Below, one piece after another: positions 40,582-49,833 of a stretch of DNA of 64,000 bases (positions are counted from its first letter, which is position 1; every line of letters starts with the position of its first letter). The stretch is from an uncultured Clostridia bacterium (GTDB lineage Bacteria; Bacillota; Clostridia; TANB77; CAG-508), in NCBI GenBank assembly GCA_944386715.1, contig CALXCD010000001.1, positions 74,408 through 138,407 on the forward strand, in the 5' to 3' direction. Below the pieces are notes generated by a model. The model was not told where the DNA came from and searched no databases. It saw only the letters and a list, made by a program, of their open reading frames with translations. The position numbers and the translations under genes were made by a program.

Positions 40582-41463
40582 TTAAGCATTTCTTGGATTA
40601 AAACTTGATATTTCATTTAATTTTTCAAATATTTCTTTTTCTTGCTTAGTCAAATTTTTTGGTACCATTATTTTTATTTCTGCTATTAAATCTCCTCTAG
40701 AACCATTTCCATCCGGATATCCTTTTTTAGGTATTCTGATCTTTTCGCCACTTTGAATACCTTGTGGTATATAAATTTTAGTTTCCTCATCTATAGATGA
40801 AATATTCGTTCTTGTTCCTAAAGCTGCTTCCCAAGGTGTTAACATTAAGTCTGTATATAAATCATATCCTTTCAGTTGAAGTCCTGTTTCATCCTGTATC
40901 TTTATTCTAATTAATAAATCACCGTTTTTTCCACCATCTTTTCCTGGTTTTCCTTGCCCTATTAATCGTATTTTTTCTCCATCTCGAATTCCCTTAGGCA
41001 CAGTTACCGTAAAAGTTTTCATTTTTCCTTCTATCGTTCTTAATGAAATTTTTTTATCTAAGCCATAATAAGCTTCCCTAATACCTACTTTTATTTCTGT
41101 TTCTACATTCTCTCCCCTTATTGGATTCTTCTTTTCTTTATGTTCTATTTTTGCTTCTAAGTCTGTTTTTCCTAAAAACATATTCAAAATAGAACCTGTT
41201 TCTTTTTTCACATTAAAAGTTCGCTTCGTTTTAGAAACATGGTGGGCATTCCATACTCTATCATATTTTCTTTTTGTAGATGGTGTTGATAAAATTCTAT
41301 ATGCTTCATTAATATCTTTTATTCTTTCTTCTGCTAAAGTATCTCCCACATTAACATCTGGATGATATTTTTTAGCAGCAGTCCTATATGCTACCTTTAT
41401 TTGTTCATTAGAAACTCTACTAGTCTCTAAATCTAATATTTTATAATAATCTTTGAAAACCAT
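40582..41463 (-). CDS. J-domain protein, CbpA-like (J domain plus DnaJ C-terminal domains, no zinc finger)
   Basis: 293 aa. DYYKILDLETSRVSNEQIKVAYRTAAKKYHPDVN (HPD). C-terminal GENVETEIKVGIREAYYG..FTVTVPKGIRDGEKIRLIGQGKPG..GDLLIRIKI. Confidence 0.8.
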   Translation of the reverse strand: MVFKDYYKILDLETSRVSNEQIKVAYRTAAKKYHPDVNVGDTLAEERIKDINEAYRILSTPSTKRKYDRVWNAHHVSKTKRTFNVKKETGSILNMFLGKTDLEAKIEHKEKKNPIRGENVETEIKVGIREAYYGLDKKISLRTIEGKMKTFTVTVPKGIRDGEKIRLIGQGKPGKDGGKNGDLLIRIKIQDETGLQLKGYDLYTDLMLTPWEAALGTRTNISSIDEETKIYIPQGIQSGEKIRIPKKGYPDGNGSRGDLIAEIKIMVPKNLTKQEKEIFEKLNEISSFNPRNA

Positions 41464-41565
41464 TTAACATCCTCCCTAAAATCAGGTACTCCTATTATAT
41501 CACAAAAATCAAAAAAATCCATAGCTTTTATGGATTTTTCTCCAACCCTCATAAAAAAACAAGAA

Positions 41566-41649
41566 GTACTTTATATTAATATTTGCAATCAAAGACCCGG
41601 ATTATTACACCCCAGCTATATTTTTGATGAAAATATTAATATAAAGCAC
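41566..41649 (+). repeat. MITE-like palindromic repeat, copy D (minimal form)
   Basis: gtactttatattaatatt ... core CAAAGACCCGGATTATTACACCCCAGCTATATTTTTG ... aatattaatataaagcac. Confidence 0.8.
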
Positions 41650-41685
41650 TTTCTAATCTTCTTATTAGATTATAATGATAAAATC

Positions 41686-42729
41686 TTAAACTATATCTAT
41701 GATTCTATCTAAAAGCTCTTTCATAGGAACTCCACTAGCTTCCATCATTTTAGGATACATACTGATATTAGTAAATCCTGGCAAAGTATTAATCTCGTTA
41801 ATATAAACTTTTTGCGTACTATCTTCCACAAAAAAATCAACTCTAGATAATCCTTTTCCGTCAATCACTTTAAAAGCTTTTATTGCAGATTCTTGAATTT
41901 CTTTCTCTTTTTCTTTAGAAATAGTAGCTGGTATTTGTGTTCTAGATGCTTCATTTTTATATTTAGCATCATAACTATAAAATTCTTCTGCTGATTTTAT
42001 TTCTCCCACACAAGAAGCAATCACATCTTCCTTACCCATAACTGCACATTCTACTTCTTTTCCCACAATTGCCTCTTCGATTAAAATCTTACTGTCGAAA
42101 CAAGCTGCATATTGAATATTTTCTTTTAGTTCTTCTTTGTTCTTTGCTTTTTTTACCCCAACACTAGAACCAGACCTAGAAGGCTTTACAAATACAGGAA
42201 AAGCTAAATTTTGTGAAATGATTGTAACAATCTCCTCCAAACACATTCTTTTCTCTTGAAATTGTTTATCTATATAAATATAGTCTTCTTTTACCTTTTT
42301 CACATATTCATATTTAGCTTGCATTAAACCTATTTTCTCAAATAAGATTTTTGTATAAACTTTATCCATACCAACACTAGAAGCTAATATACCACATCCT
42401 ACATAAGGAATCTTCAATAATTCTAGAAGTCCCTGGATAGTACCATCTTCTCCATATAATCCATGTAAGACAGGAAAAACCACATCCAATCCTTTTAAAT
42501 ATTTCACAACGTCCTCAATTTTTTCTATTTCATCTAACGGTTCCCCAAATTCTATTTTATCAAAACTTCCTTGATAAGAATACCAAGTTCCTTCTTTTCC
42601 GATATAAATAGGATAAATATCATATTTTTGTTTATCTAAATTCTGTAAAATAGAAAAAGCAGACTGCACAGAAACTTCATTTTCTGTGGACATTCCCCCA
42701 AAAATAACACCTAATTTTTTCATTTTCAT
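41686..42729 (-). CDS. ddl: D-alanine--D-alanine ligase
   Basis: 347 aa. GVIFGGMSTENEVSVQSA, PVLHGLYGEDGTIQGLLE, and C-terminal EINTLPGFT motifs. Confidence 0.95.
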   Translation of the reverse strand: MKMKKLGVIFGGMSTENEVSVQSAFSILQNLDKQKYDIYPIYIGKEGTWYSYQGSFDKIEFGEPLDEIEKIEDVVKYLKGLDVVFPVLHGLYGEDGTIQGLLELLKIPYVGCGILASSVGMDKVYTKILFEKIGLMQAKYEYVKKVKEDYIYIDKQFQEKRMCLEEIVTIISQNLAFPVFVKPSRSGSSVGVKKAKNKEELKENIQYAACFDSKILIEEAIVGKEVECAVMGKEDVIASCVGEIKSAEEFYSYDAKYKNEASRTQIPATISKEKEKEIQESAIKAFKVIDGKGLSRVDFFVEDSTQKVYINEINTLPGFTNISMYPKMMEASGVPMKELLDRIIDIV

Positions 42730-42739
42730 TCCTCTTTTC

Positions 42740-44134
42740 TTATTTTAAGATAGATTTAGCTTGTTCTGCCAATTCGAAAAACTTCATCCCATTAGAAGCT
42801 TTAAACAAAATAATGTCATTTGGTTTTACTATCTGTTTTAACATTGGCAAAATTTCTTCTTTTGCTAACATATATATATGTTCAGATGGCATCCCTTGAT
42901 TCTTTGCTTCTTCTGCAATATAGCTTGCATTTTCTCCAGAACATAACAAAATATCTATTTTCTCTGTTACTACTTCTTTTCCTACTTTTCTATGTAATTC
43001 TTCTGCAAATTCTCCTAATTCAAACATATCCCCAAGCACAGCTATTTTTCTCGCATTAGGGTAAACAGACATATTTTTCAATGTTGCTTGCATGGACTCA
43101 AAACTTGCATTATAAGCATCATTAATTATTTTTATTCCGTTTTCTAAAGTTGTGATATCCATCCTCTTTTTTGTCAATTCAAATGTTTCAATTCCTTTTT
43201 TTATTTTCTCATCTTCTATATTTAAAACAGTTCCTACCAAAGCTGCACACAAACTATTTAAAATAAAATGTTCTCCTCCTACTGGAACCTTTATTTCTAT
43301 CTCTTTATCCTTTAAAGAATATTGAAAAGAACTACTTTCTTCTTTCAGACAAATATTTTTTGCTTGTAAGAAACTTTTATTTTCAATTCCGTATGTCAAT
43401 ATATTTTTATTATCTTTATTACTTTCATACCATTGATGTAATAAATCATTATCATTATTAACAATGATAACTGGGTTTTCGCTACCATCTAAAATTTCTA
43501 ATTTTGCTTTTAAAATATTTTCCCTAGAACCTAAATTTCCAATATGCGAAGTACCAATATTGGTAATAATACAAATATTAGGTTTTGCGATTCGGCTTAA
43601 TAAATGAATCTCTCCTAAATGATTCATTCCCATTTCTAATACCATTGCTTCTTCTTCTTTTAATTTCAAAATAGTAAATGGCATTCCTATATTATTATTA
43701 TTATTTCCTATCGTTTTTAATGTCTTAAATTTTTGAGAAACAACACTTGCTACCATATCTTTTGTACTTGTTTTCCCAACACTTCCAGTAATTGCAATTA
43801 CCGGAATATCATATAAACTTCTTTTAAATGCTGCTATCTGATAAAGTGCCTCCAAAGTATCCTCTACCAAAATAATGATTTTATCTGCAAATTCTTCTAG
43901 ATTTTCTAAACTAAAATCAATACCTTGCACAATAATACCTTTAGCTCCTTTTTCCAATGCTTGTTTCCAAAACATATTACCATCAAACTTTTCTCCTTTT
44001 ATCCCTATGTAAATATCCTCACTTTCAATTGTTCTCGTATCTTTTGAAAATTGACTACATATTTCATTTTCTTTTCCCATAATTAACTGTCCTTTTGTTA
44101 TTTCTAATATATCTTTTACAACTATTTTCTTCAT
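42740..44134 (-). CDS. murF: UDP-N-acetylmuramoyl-tripeptide--D-alanyl-D-alanine ligase
   Basis: ORF track 42740..44149. ATG 44134 has the better RBS (AGGTGAagtt). P-loop ITGSVGKTSTKDM. Lies upstream of ddl. Confidence 0.9.
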   Translation of the reverse strand: MKKIVVKDILEITKGQLIMGKENEICSQFSKDTRTIESEDIYIGIKGEKFDGNMFWKQALEKGAKGIIVQGIDFSLENLEEFADKIIILVEDTLEALYQIAAFKRSLYDIPVIAITGSVGKTSTKDMVASVVSQKFKTLKTIGNNNNNIGMPFTILKLKEEEAMVLEMGMNHLGEIHLLSRIAKPNICIITNIGTSHIGNLGSRENILKAKLEILDGSENPVIIVNNDNDLLHQWYESNKDNKNILTYGIENKSFLQAKNICLKEESSSFQYSLKDKEIEIKVPVGGEHFILNSLCAALVGTVLNIEDEKIKKGIETFELTKKRMDITTLENGIKIINDAYNASFESMQATLKNMSVYPNARKIAVLGDMFELGEFAEELHRKVGKEVVTEKIDILLCSGENASYIAEEAKNQGMPSEHIYMLAKEEILPMLKQIVKPNDIILFKASNGMKFFELAEQAKSILK

Positions 44135-44558
44135 AACTTCACCTCTCATTTGTGTTTTTTAGATTATATGATGAATACAAAAAAAATGCAACTATACTAA
44201 ATGGCAAACTATCTACAAAATTTTTTGTCTTTGTCGACAATTTTCGACACATCCATTCAAAAAAACATGTTATGATAATAATATTTCCACTCACTATCAC
44301 AAAAAACAATTTTTTATCATCATTTTAATACAATTATTTTTTAATCGCAAAAAATTTTTATTTAATCTAAACATTTTATTTCGAGAAATTCATATTATAT
44401 CTTTTCAAAATTTAGTTCAACAAAATTATTTCATAAAAAAATCAAGAAAACTCTACCAAAGAAACGTTTCAAATATTACTTATAGATAAAAATCAATAAA
44501 TATATTAAGAAAACTGTTGAAAAATAAAAATTAAAATGCTAAAATAAGGAGGAGATAC

Positions 44559-45578
44559 ATGGCAGATAATATAGAAGAATCAATAGAAAGATTGCCCTTA
44601 ACCTCAGATTATGTATTTAAAAGAATCTTTGGGCAAGAAGAAAATAAAAGTGCATTAATAGATTTTTTGGAAGGTATTTTAAAAATAAAAATCGAAAATT
44701 TACAAATCAACAATCCAGAAATTCCAAAAGATTTTTATGATAGCAAATATGGTGTATTAGATTTAAAAGTTACTTTAGACAATAAGATAATCGTTAATGT
44801 AGAAATGCAAGTTCAAAATCAATATAATATAGAGCAAAGAAGTACTTTTTACATGGCTAGTACCTATACACAACAAATCGGAGAAGGAGAAGGATACGAA
44901 AATTGTAAAAAAGTAGTAGTAATCAATATTTTAAATTATAAATATTATAAAAGAAATAGCTATCATTCAGTTGCAAGAATGAAATTTGAACCAAGTGATA
45001 AAACAGCCAAAATAAATTTGGGATATAAAAAAGAAGATCTTTATGCAACAAAATATTTAGAAATGCACATGATAGAATTACCTAAATTTAAAGAAAAAAA
45101 TCCAGAAATAGGAACAAAATTAGAACAGTGGCTTTGGTTATTTATAGGGGGTGAAGAAAAAGTGAAAAAAGCAAGTAAAGTTAATAAAGAAGTAGAAAGA
45201 ATTAATAAAAAATTGGCATCTATGAGCTTAAGTCAAGAAGAAAGAAATAATTATGAATTTCGCTTAAAAGCTATACGAGATGAAATAAACTTCAAATCTA
45301 ATGCACAACGTCAAATAGAAGAAATAGCCAAAGGAAAAAAAGAACTTGCCCAAGGACAAGAAGAACTTGCCCAAGGACAAGAAGAACTTGCTAAGGAAAA
45401 AAGAGAAATAACCAAAGGGAAAGAAGAGCTACTAAAAGAGCAAGAAAAAATAAAACAAGAAAGAATGAATGTAGTTAAAAAATTATTAGAAAAAAATTTT
45501 TCAATTCAAGAAATTGTAGAAATAACTGGCATATCAAAAAATGAAATAAAAAAATTTTTCCAAGAAAATGCAGAATAA
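44559..45578 (+). CDS. Rpn/YhgA-like PD-(D/E)XK nuclease family protein (putative transposase family)
   Basis: 339 aa. LTSDYVFKRIFGQEENKSALIDFLEGIL, VLDLKVTLDNKIIVNVEMQ, LEMHMIELPKF. K/E-rich C-terminal tail. Strong RBS AAGGAGGAG. Confidence 0.75.
   Translation: MADNIEESIERLPLTSDYVFKRIFGQEENKSALIDFLEGILKIKIENLQINNPEIPKDFYDSKYGVLDLKVTLDNKIIVNVEMQVQNQYNIEQRSTFYMASTYTQQIGEGEGYENCKKVVVINILNYKYYKRNSYHSVARMKFEPSDKTAKINLGYKKEDLYATKYLEMHMIELPKFKEKNPEIGTKLEQWLWLFIGGEEKVKKASKVNKEVERINKKLASMSLSQEERNNYEFRLKAIRDEINFKSNAQRQIEEIAKGKKELAQGQEELAQGQEELAKEKREITKGKEELLKEQEKIKQERMNVVKKLLEKNFSIQEIVEITGISKNEIKKFFQENAE
45342..45395 (+). repeat. In-frame 21-nt tandem repeat (about 2.5 copies) inside the Rpn-like gene
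   Basis: gaacttgcccaaggacaagaa x2, then gaacttgctaagg. Encodes ELAQGQE-ELAQGQE-ELAKE. Confidence 0.85.
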
Positions 45579-45586
45579 GCTAAGTT

Positions 45587-45622
45587 AAAAAATCCCCCCA
45601 TATTAGATATGGAGGGATTTTT
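45587..45622. terminator. Bidirectional terminator between the Rpn-like gene and the SASP gene
   Basis: aaaaaatccccc-catattagatat-ggagggattttt. Confidence 0.7.
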
Positions 45623-45629
45623 AATATAA

Positions 45630-45809
45630 CTATTTATTTTCTACTGCTCTATTTGCTATTTCTATTGCTTTTTTTACAATATTACCACAATCCCTAGATG
45701 AAACATTTTCCCAACTGCCACCATCTTTTTTGACTTGTTCATATACTCCTAATTCTTTTGCTATTTCTTCTCTCAAATTTTTAGATATTAACTTACTATT
45801 TTTGGACAT
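45630..45809 (-). CDS. Alpha/beta-type small acid-soluble spore protein
   Basis: The likely start is ATG 45809 (MSKNSKL..) after AAGGAGGATGTT. REEIAKELGV ... RDCGNIVKKAIEIA matches the SASP alpha/beta pattern. Confidence 0.8.
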   Translation of the reverse strand: MSKNSKLISKNLREEIAKELGVYEQVKKDGGSWENVSSRDCGNIVKKAIEIANRAVENK

Positions 45810-45986
45810 AACATCCTCCTTATAAGCTAAAAATAAATTTATTTTCAATAAAACTTAAATTTAAGTTTTATTAAAATTAGTATTTACAATTTTTCAGATT
45901 TTATTTTGTCAATTTTTATATTTTTTTGTAACTTTTTATAGGTTTATATGGTATAATAAAAGAAGAGATTTTACAAAAAGGAGAAA

Positions 45987-47642
45987 ATGATGAGTATCAA
46001 AGAGTTAGAAACAAAAAAAGAAAATACAACTGAAAACTTAGAAAAGACAAAAAATAATACGATAAAAAACAGCATCATTGCTACTAAAGAAATAGAAAAT
46101 GATGAACAAAATAATCCATCTACAACTAATGAACCAAATAAAAAACAAACATCCTATACACCAAATGAATTTCACACTATTTCACCACAAAAAACCACAC
46201 TAAGCACATTAGGAATCTTAGGAATAATCGGTATCATCCTTATTATTATTGTAGCAATATGTTTTTCTATATTTACTATTTTTAACAATACCAATGAAAA
46301 TATAGTATCTGGAATTTCTATTAAAGGTATTGACGTTTCTGGACTTAGTAAAATACAAGCTAAAGAAAAACTAGAAAGTTATATACAAGAAAACTTACCA
46401 GAAAACATCCTATTAAAACATAATGATTTTGAAACTTCTATCCCACTATCTTCTATCGAAGTTAATTTTGATATAGATGGAGCAATTGAGCAAGCACTAC
46501 AAATTGGAAAAAACGGAAATATGCTACAAAATAGTTTTGAAGCACTTAAAACTATGCTTTACCCTATAGATATTGAACCAACTTTTTCTATGAATGAACA
46601 ACTTTTAATAGATGCATTAAATGACATATCCACGAAATTGCCAGATACCGTAATAGAAAGTAGCTATTACATAGAAAATAATAACTTAATTTTAACTAGT
46701 GGAAAAGAAGGAAATGTAGTAAATATCAATCAAATGGTATCTTATATAAAAAACGGTATCATGAATTTAACTTTAAAAAATAGAACTTTAGATATTGCCA
46801 CCTCTATAAAACAACCATCCAAAATTAATATAGAAAAAATTTATGAAGAAATTCACAAAGAAGCAAAAGATGCTTATTATACACAAAATCCTTTTTCTGT
46901 TTATCCAAGTGAAAATGGTATGGATTTTGCTATTTCACTAGAAGAAGCAACTCAAATGTTAGAAGAAGAAAAAGAAGAATATACAATTCCTTTAAAAATA
47001 TTATACCCAAAAGTTACTACAAATATGATTGGTACAGAAGCTTTTCCAGACCTACTTTCTAGCTTTTCTACAAATTATAATGCTAGAGATACAGATAGAA
47101 CAACCAACTTAAAATTAGCAGCAAACAAAATTAACGGAACTGTTTTAATGCCAGGAGAAACCTTTTCCTATAACCAAGTGGTAGGAGCTAGAACAATTGC
47201 AGCAGGATATAAAGAAGCACCAATCTACGTGCAAGGACAGGTTGTAGATGGACTAGGTGGCGGAATTTGTCAAATCACTTCAACTTTATATAATGCTGTT
47301 CTTTATGCTAATTTAGAAATTGTTGAGAGAAGCAATCATCAATTTGTACCATCTTATGTTACAGCAAGTCGTGATGCTACAGTAGTTTATGGTTCTATTG
47401 ATTTCAAATTTAAAAATAACAGAAATTATCCTATTAAACTAATTTGCTCTGTAGCAAACGGAGTTGCAAGTTTTCAAATATTTGGATTGAAAACAGATAA
47501 TGAATATGAAGTTGTCATCTCTTCTTATGAAACAGGTAGAACTTCTAATGCTATTTATTCTGAAGCTTATAAGATTTTAAAACAAAATGGACAAGTAGTT
47601 GATAAGCAATTGTTATCTAGAGATGTCTATAAAAGACATTAA
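45987..47642 (+). CDS. VanW-family protein (N-terminal TM anchor, PG-binding-like region, VanW domain)
   Basis: 551 aa. RTTNLKLAANKINGTVLMPGETFSYNQVVG..GYKEAPIY..GGGICQITSTLYNAVLYANLEIVERSNH. Confidence 0.85.
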   Translation: MMSIKELETKKENTTENLEKTKNNTIKNSIIATKEIENDEQNNPSTTNEPNKKQTSYTPNEFHTISPQKTTLSTLGILGIIGIILIIIVAICFSIFTIFNNTNENIVSGISIKGIDVSGLSKIQAKEKLESYIQENLPENILLKHNDFETSIPLSSIEVNFDIDGAIEQALQIGKNGNMLQNSFEALKTMLYPIDIEPTFSMNEQLLIDALNDISTKLPDTVIESSYYIENNNLILTSGKEGNVVNINQMVSYIKNGIMNLTLKNRTLDIATSIKQPSKINIEKIYEEIHKEAKDAYYTQNPFSVYPSENGMDFAISLEEATQMLEEEKEEYTIPLKILYPKVTTNMIGTEAFPDLLSSFSTNYNARDTDRTTNLKLAANKINGTVLMPGETFSYNQVVGARTIAAGYKEAPIYVQGQVVDGLGGGICQITSTLYNAVLYANLEIVERSNHQFVPSYVTASRDATVVYGSIDFKFKNNRNYPIKLICSVANGVASFQIFGLKTDNEYEVVISSYETGRTSNAIYSEAYKILKQNGQVVDKQLLSRDVYKRH

Positions 47643-47840
47643 CTTGGCAAGAGGGACGTTCCTTTTTGGCAGATGTTGCATAATGTTTTATTTAGAAAAG
47701 TGGATATATTAATATTTTTGACAAAAACAGAGCTGGGGCATAACAATCCGGGTCTTTGTCTACAAATATTAATATATCCACTTTTTATGATTAAAATAAA
47801 TCTATAAAATTTGCCAAAAAGGAACGTCCCTCTTGCCAAG
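47643..47840 (-). repeat. Composite nested palindromic element, copy E. It fills the entire convergent intergenic gap.
   Basis: cttggcaagagggacgttcctttttggcag (47643..47672). TIRs tggatatattaatatt (47701..47716) and aaatattaatatatcca (47764..47780) around GGGGCATAACAATCCGGGTCT, which is the core in reverse orientation. ttgccaaaaaggaacgtccctcttgccaag (47811..47840). Confidence 0.85.
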
Positions 47841-47844
47841 TTAA

Positions 47845-49218
47845 TTACATCGTTAACGTTCCATTTGGTGTATCTTTAATTACTAAAATATCCTCTTCCC
47901 TACCATTTTCACAATTAATATATACTAAGAACTCACTATCATCCACTTTTCCTTTAAACTCATAACAATATATTTCTGATTGCCATTCTGTTGGAATCAC
48001 AGCCAAACCTTCACTTTCAATTTGCAAATCTTTATTCAACGTATTTTTTGCTTCCTCTTTACTAATCTTAATTTCAGGAAGATTTCTCTCTTCATGATTA
48101 TTCAAATATCCAGAAGTTTCTATTCCCAGCACTTCTCCATTGTCTAATGCCACTTTTACTTTAATCAAATCAGGATACATGATAACTCCATCTTGAGAAT
48201 AAGCATAATTAATAGTAACAATTCCCTCTTGTTTTAAAAAGTAAGTTTCTTTCATGTTTGGAAATCCTTTACCCGTCAAAAACTGTTTACCTTTTTCGTT
48301 TGCTTCTTCTTGTGATATTGCTTCTATCCCTACCTCTCTATTAGAATTATAATACACAACATGTCCACCTTTTTGGGAAATAGATATATTAGAACTTTGG
48401 TCTTGATTATTTTTTAATGAGAAATCATAAACTGGTATCGTAGCATTTTCAGACAAACCTAAACTTGAAATTTCTTTAATTTGGTCCTCTCCTATAAATT
48501 GTTTTGCAATTTGTGTTGCTTGCTCTTCTGAAATATCCTCACCTGTTAATCCCTTTTTATCTTGTTTTGTTAAATGTTCTGAAAATGCACCATCATAAAT
48601 AAGTCCAGAATATTCATGAAAATTTTCTTCTAAATTGCTAAAGCTCTCTTTTGAAATATTATCTACTTGCTGAGCAAATGCTACCGTTCCTTTTTTCGTT
48701 AATTCTCCCCACTCAAATCTTCCTGAATTTAAATCTTCTGATAATTGATTTAATGTGTTTTCCAAATCTTGACTATAGCCGTGCAAATCTTTCAAATTTT
48801 TCAAATCTTCTTGTGATAAACTTTCATTATAAATGTTTTTTCTAGATAAAGAATAACTATAATCACTTACTTGATTTAAAAATCTTTCTGTATTTTCTAA
48901 TTCCTGACTTTCTATTGGCAATCTAGACAAATATGCTTGAGCAAGATTTGCTTCTCTCCAAACATTTGTCAAAGTTTCTGCTCCATGTTCAGGTGTCGTA
49001 GAAATTAAAGATTTAGCAAGATATGTTTCTACATTTTGCACATAATTCACCAATTCATAAAAAGCCATATTGTAGGAATTCTCAGATGCTTGCTTATACT
49101 CTCTTTGCTTTTGATATAATATAATTCCAAGTATAGCTACAACAACTAATAAAACACAAATGACACTTAACATATGTCCTTTTTTTAATCTTTCTTTCCA
49201 ATCCATTAATTTATTCAT
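47845..49218 (-). CDS. ypeB: Germination protein YpeB
   Basis: 457 aa with a TM anchor and C-terminal PepSY-like repeats, located directly downstream of sleB as in Bacillus and Clostridium. Confidence 0.8.
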   Translation of the reverse strand: MNKLMDWKERLKKGHMLSVICVLLVVVAILGIILYQKQREYKQASENSYNMAFYELVNYVQNVETYLAKSLISTTPEHGAETLTNVWREANLAQAYLSRLPIESQELENTERFLNQVSDYSYSLSRKNIYNESLSQEDLKNLKDLHGYSQDLENTLNQLSEDLNSGRFEWGELTKKGTVAFAQQVDNISKESFSNLEENFHEYSGLIYDGAFSEHLTKQDKKGLTGEDISEEQATQIAKQFIGEDQIKEISSLGLSENATIPVYDFSLKNNQDQSSNISISQKGGHVVYYNSNREVGIEAISQEEANEKGKQFLTGKGFPNMKETYFLKQEGIVTINYAYSQDGVIMYPDLIKVKVALDNGEVLGIETSGYLNNHEERNLPEIKISKEEAKNTLNKDLQIESEGLAVIPTEWQSEIYCYEFKGKVDDSEFLVYINCENGREEDILVIKDTPNGTLTM

Positions 49219-49230
49219 TTTGACCTCTCC

Positions 49231-49707
49231 TTATTTACAAAATCTATGTTTTCCTATTGTTTTTACTAATGGTCTAGACCAAATCCACTTATTCGTAGCA
49301 GTAGATGGATTAAAATAATAAATACATCCTCCTGTTGGATCCCATCCATTCATCGCATCTTGTGCTGCCTTATAAACTGTAGACCCCTCATCTATTGGTG
49401 CGTTAATTTGACCATCACTAACAGCCGTAAATGCTCCTGGTTGATAAATAACACCTGCGATAGTATTTGGAAATTGAGAACTTTTCACTCTATTTAAAAT
49501 AACCGCTCCCACTGCAACTTGACCTTCATAAGGTTCTCCTCTAGCCTCTCCATTAATTGCTCTTGCCATTAACTGAATATCAGATGTTCCAGAAGATGCC
49601 GCATAACTAATATTTTCTGTACCAATGCCACTTCCTAAAACAATTAGAAAAACAACTGTTATCACAAATATAATACATAATCCAATTGCTTTTATTATTT
49701 TTTTCAA
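49231..49707 (-). CDS. sleB: Spore cortex-lytic enzyme SleB-type cell wall hydrolase
   Basis: 158 aa. ARAINGEARGEPYEGQVAVGAVILNRVKSSQFPNTIAGVIYQPGAFTAV (Hydrolase_2 pattern). Confidence 0.85.
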   Translation of the reverse strand: MKKIIKAIGLCIIFVITVVFLIVLGSGIGTENISYAASSGTSDIQLMARAINGEARGEPYEGQVAVGAVILNRVKSSQFPNTIAGVIYQPGAFTAVSDGQINAPIDEGSTVYKAAQDAMNGWDPTGGCIYYFNPSTATNKWIWSRPLVKTIGKHRFCK

Positions 49708-49833
49708 AATATCACCTTTTTCTTTTTAATTTTAACTTAATTTTATTTTTTACTTTTTTTTCAAAATTTATTCCATTTTTTGAAATTTTCATATATTTGT
49801 GATAAAATAAGCAAAAAAATAGGAGAATAGAAT

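Noticed and set aside
44150-44558. The 409-nt AT-rich gap between murF and the Rpn-like gene as a hidden RNA gene or riboswitch
   Set aside because: I found no conserved-looking helices, repeats or known motifs beyond the TTGTCGACAA palindrome that is reported separately. It looks like plain AT-rich spacer and promoter DNA.
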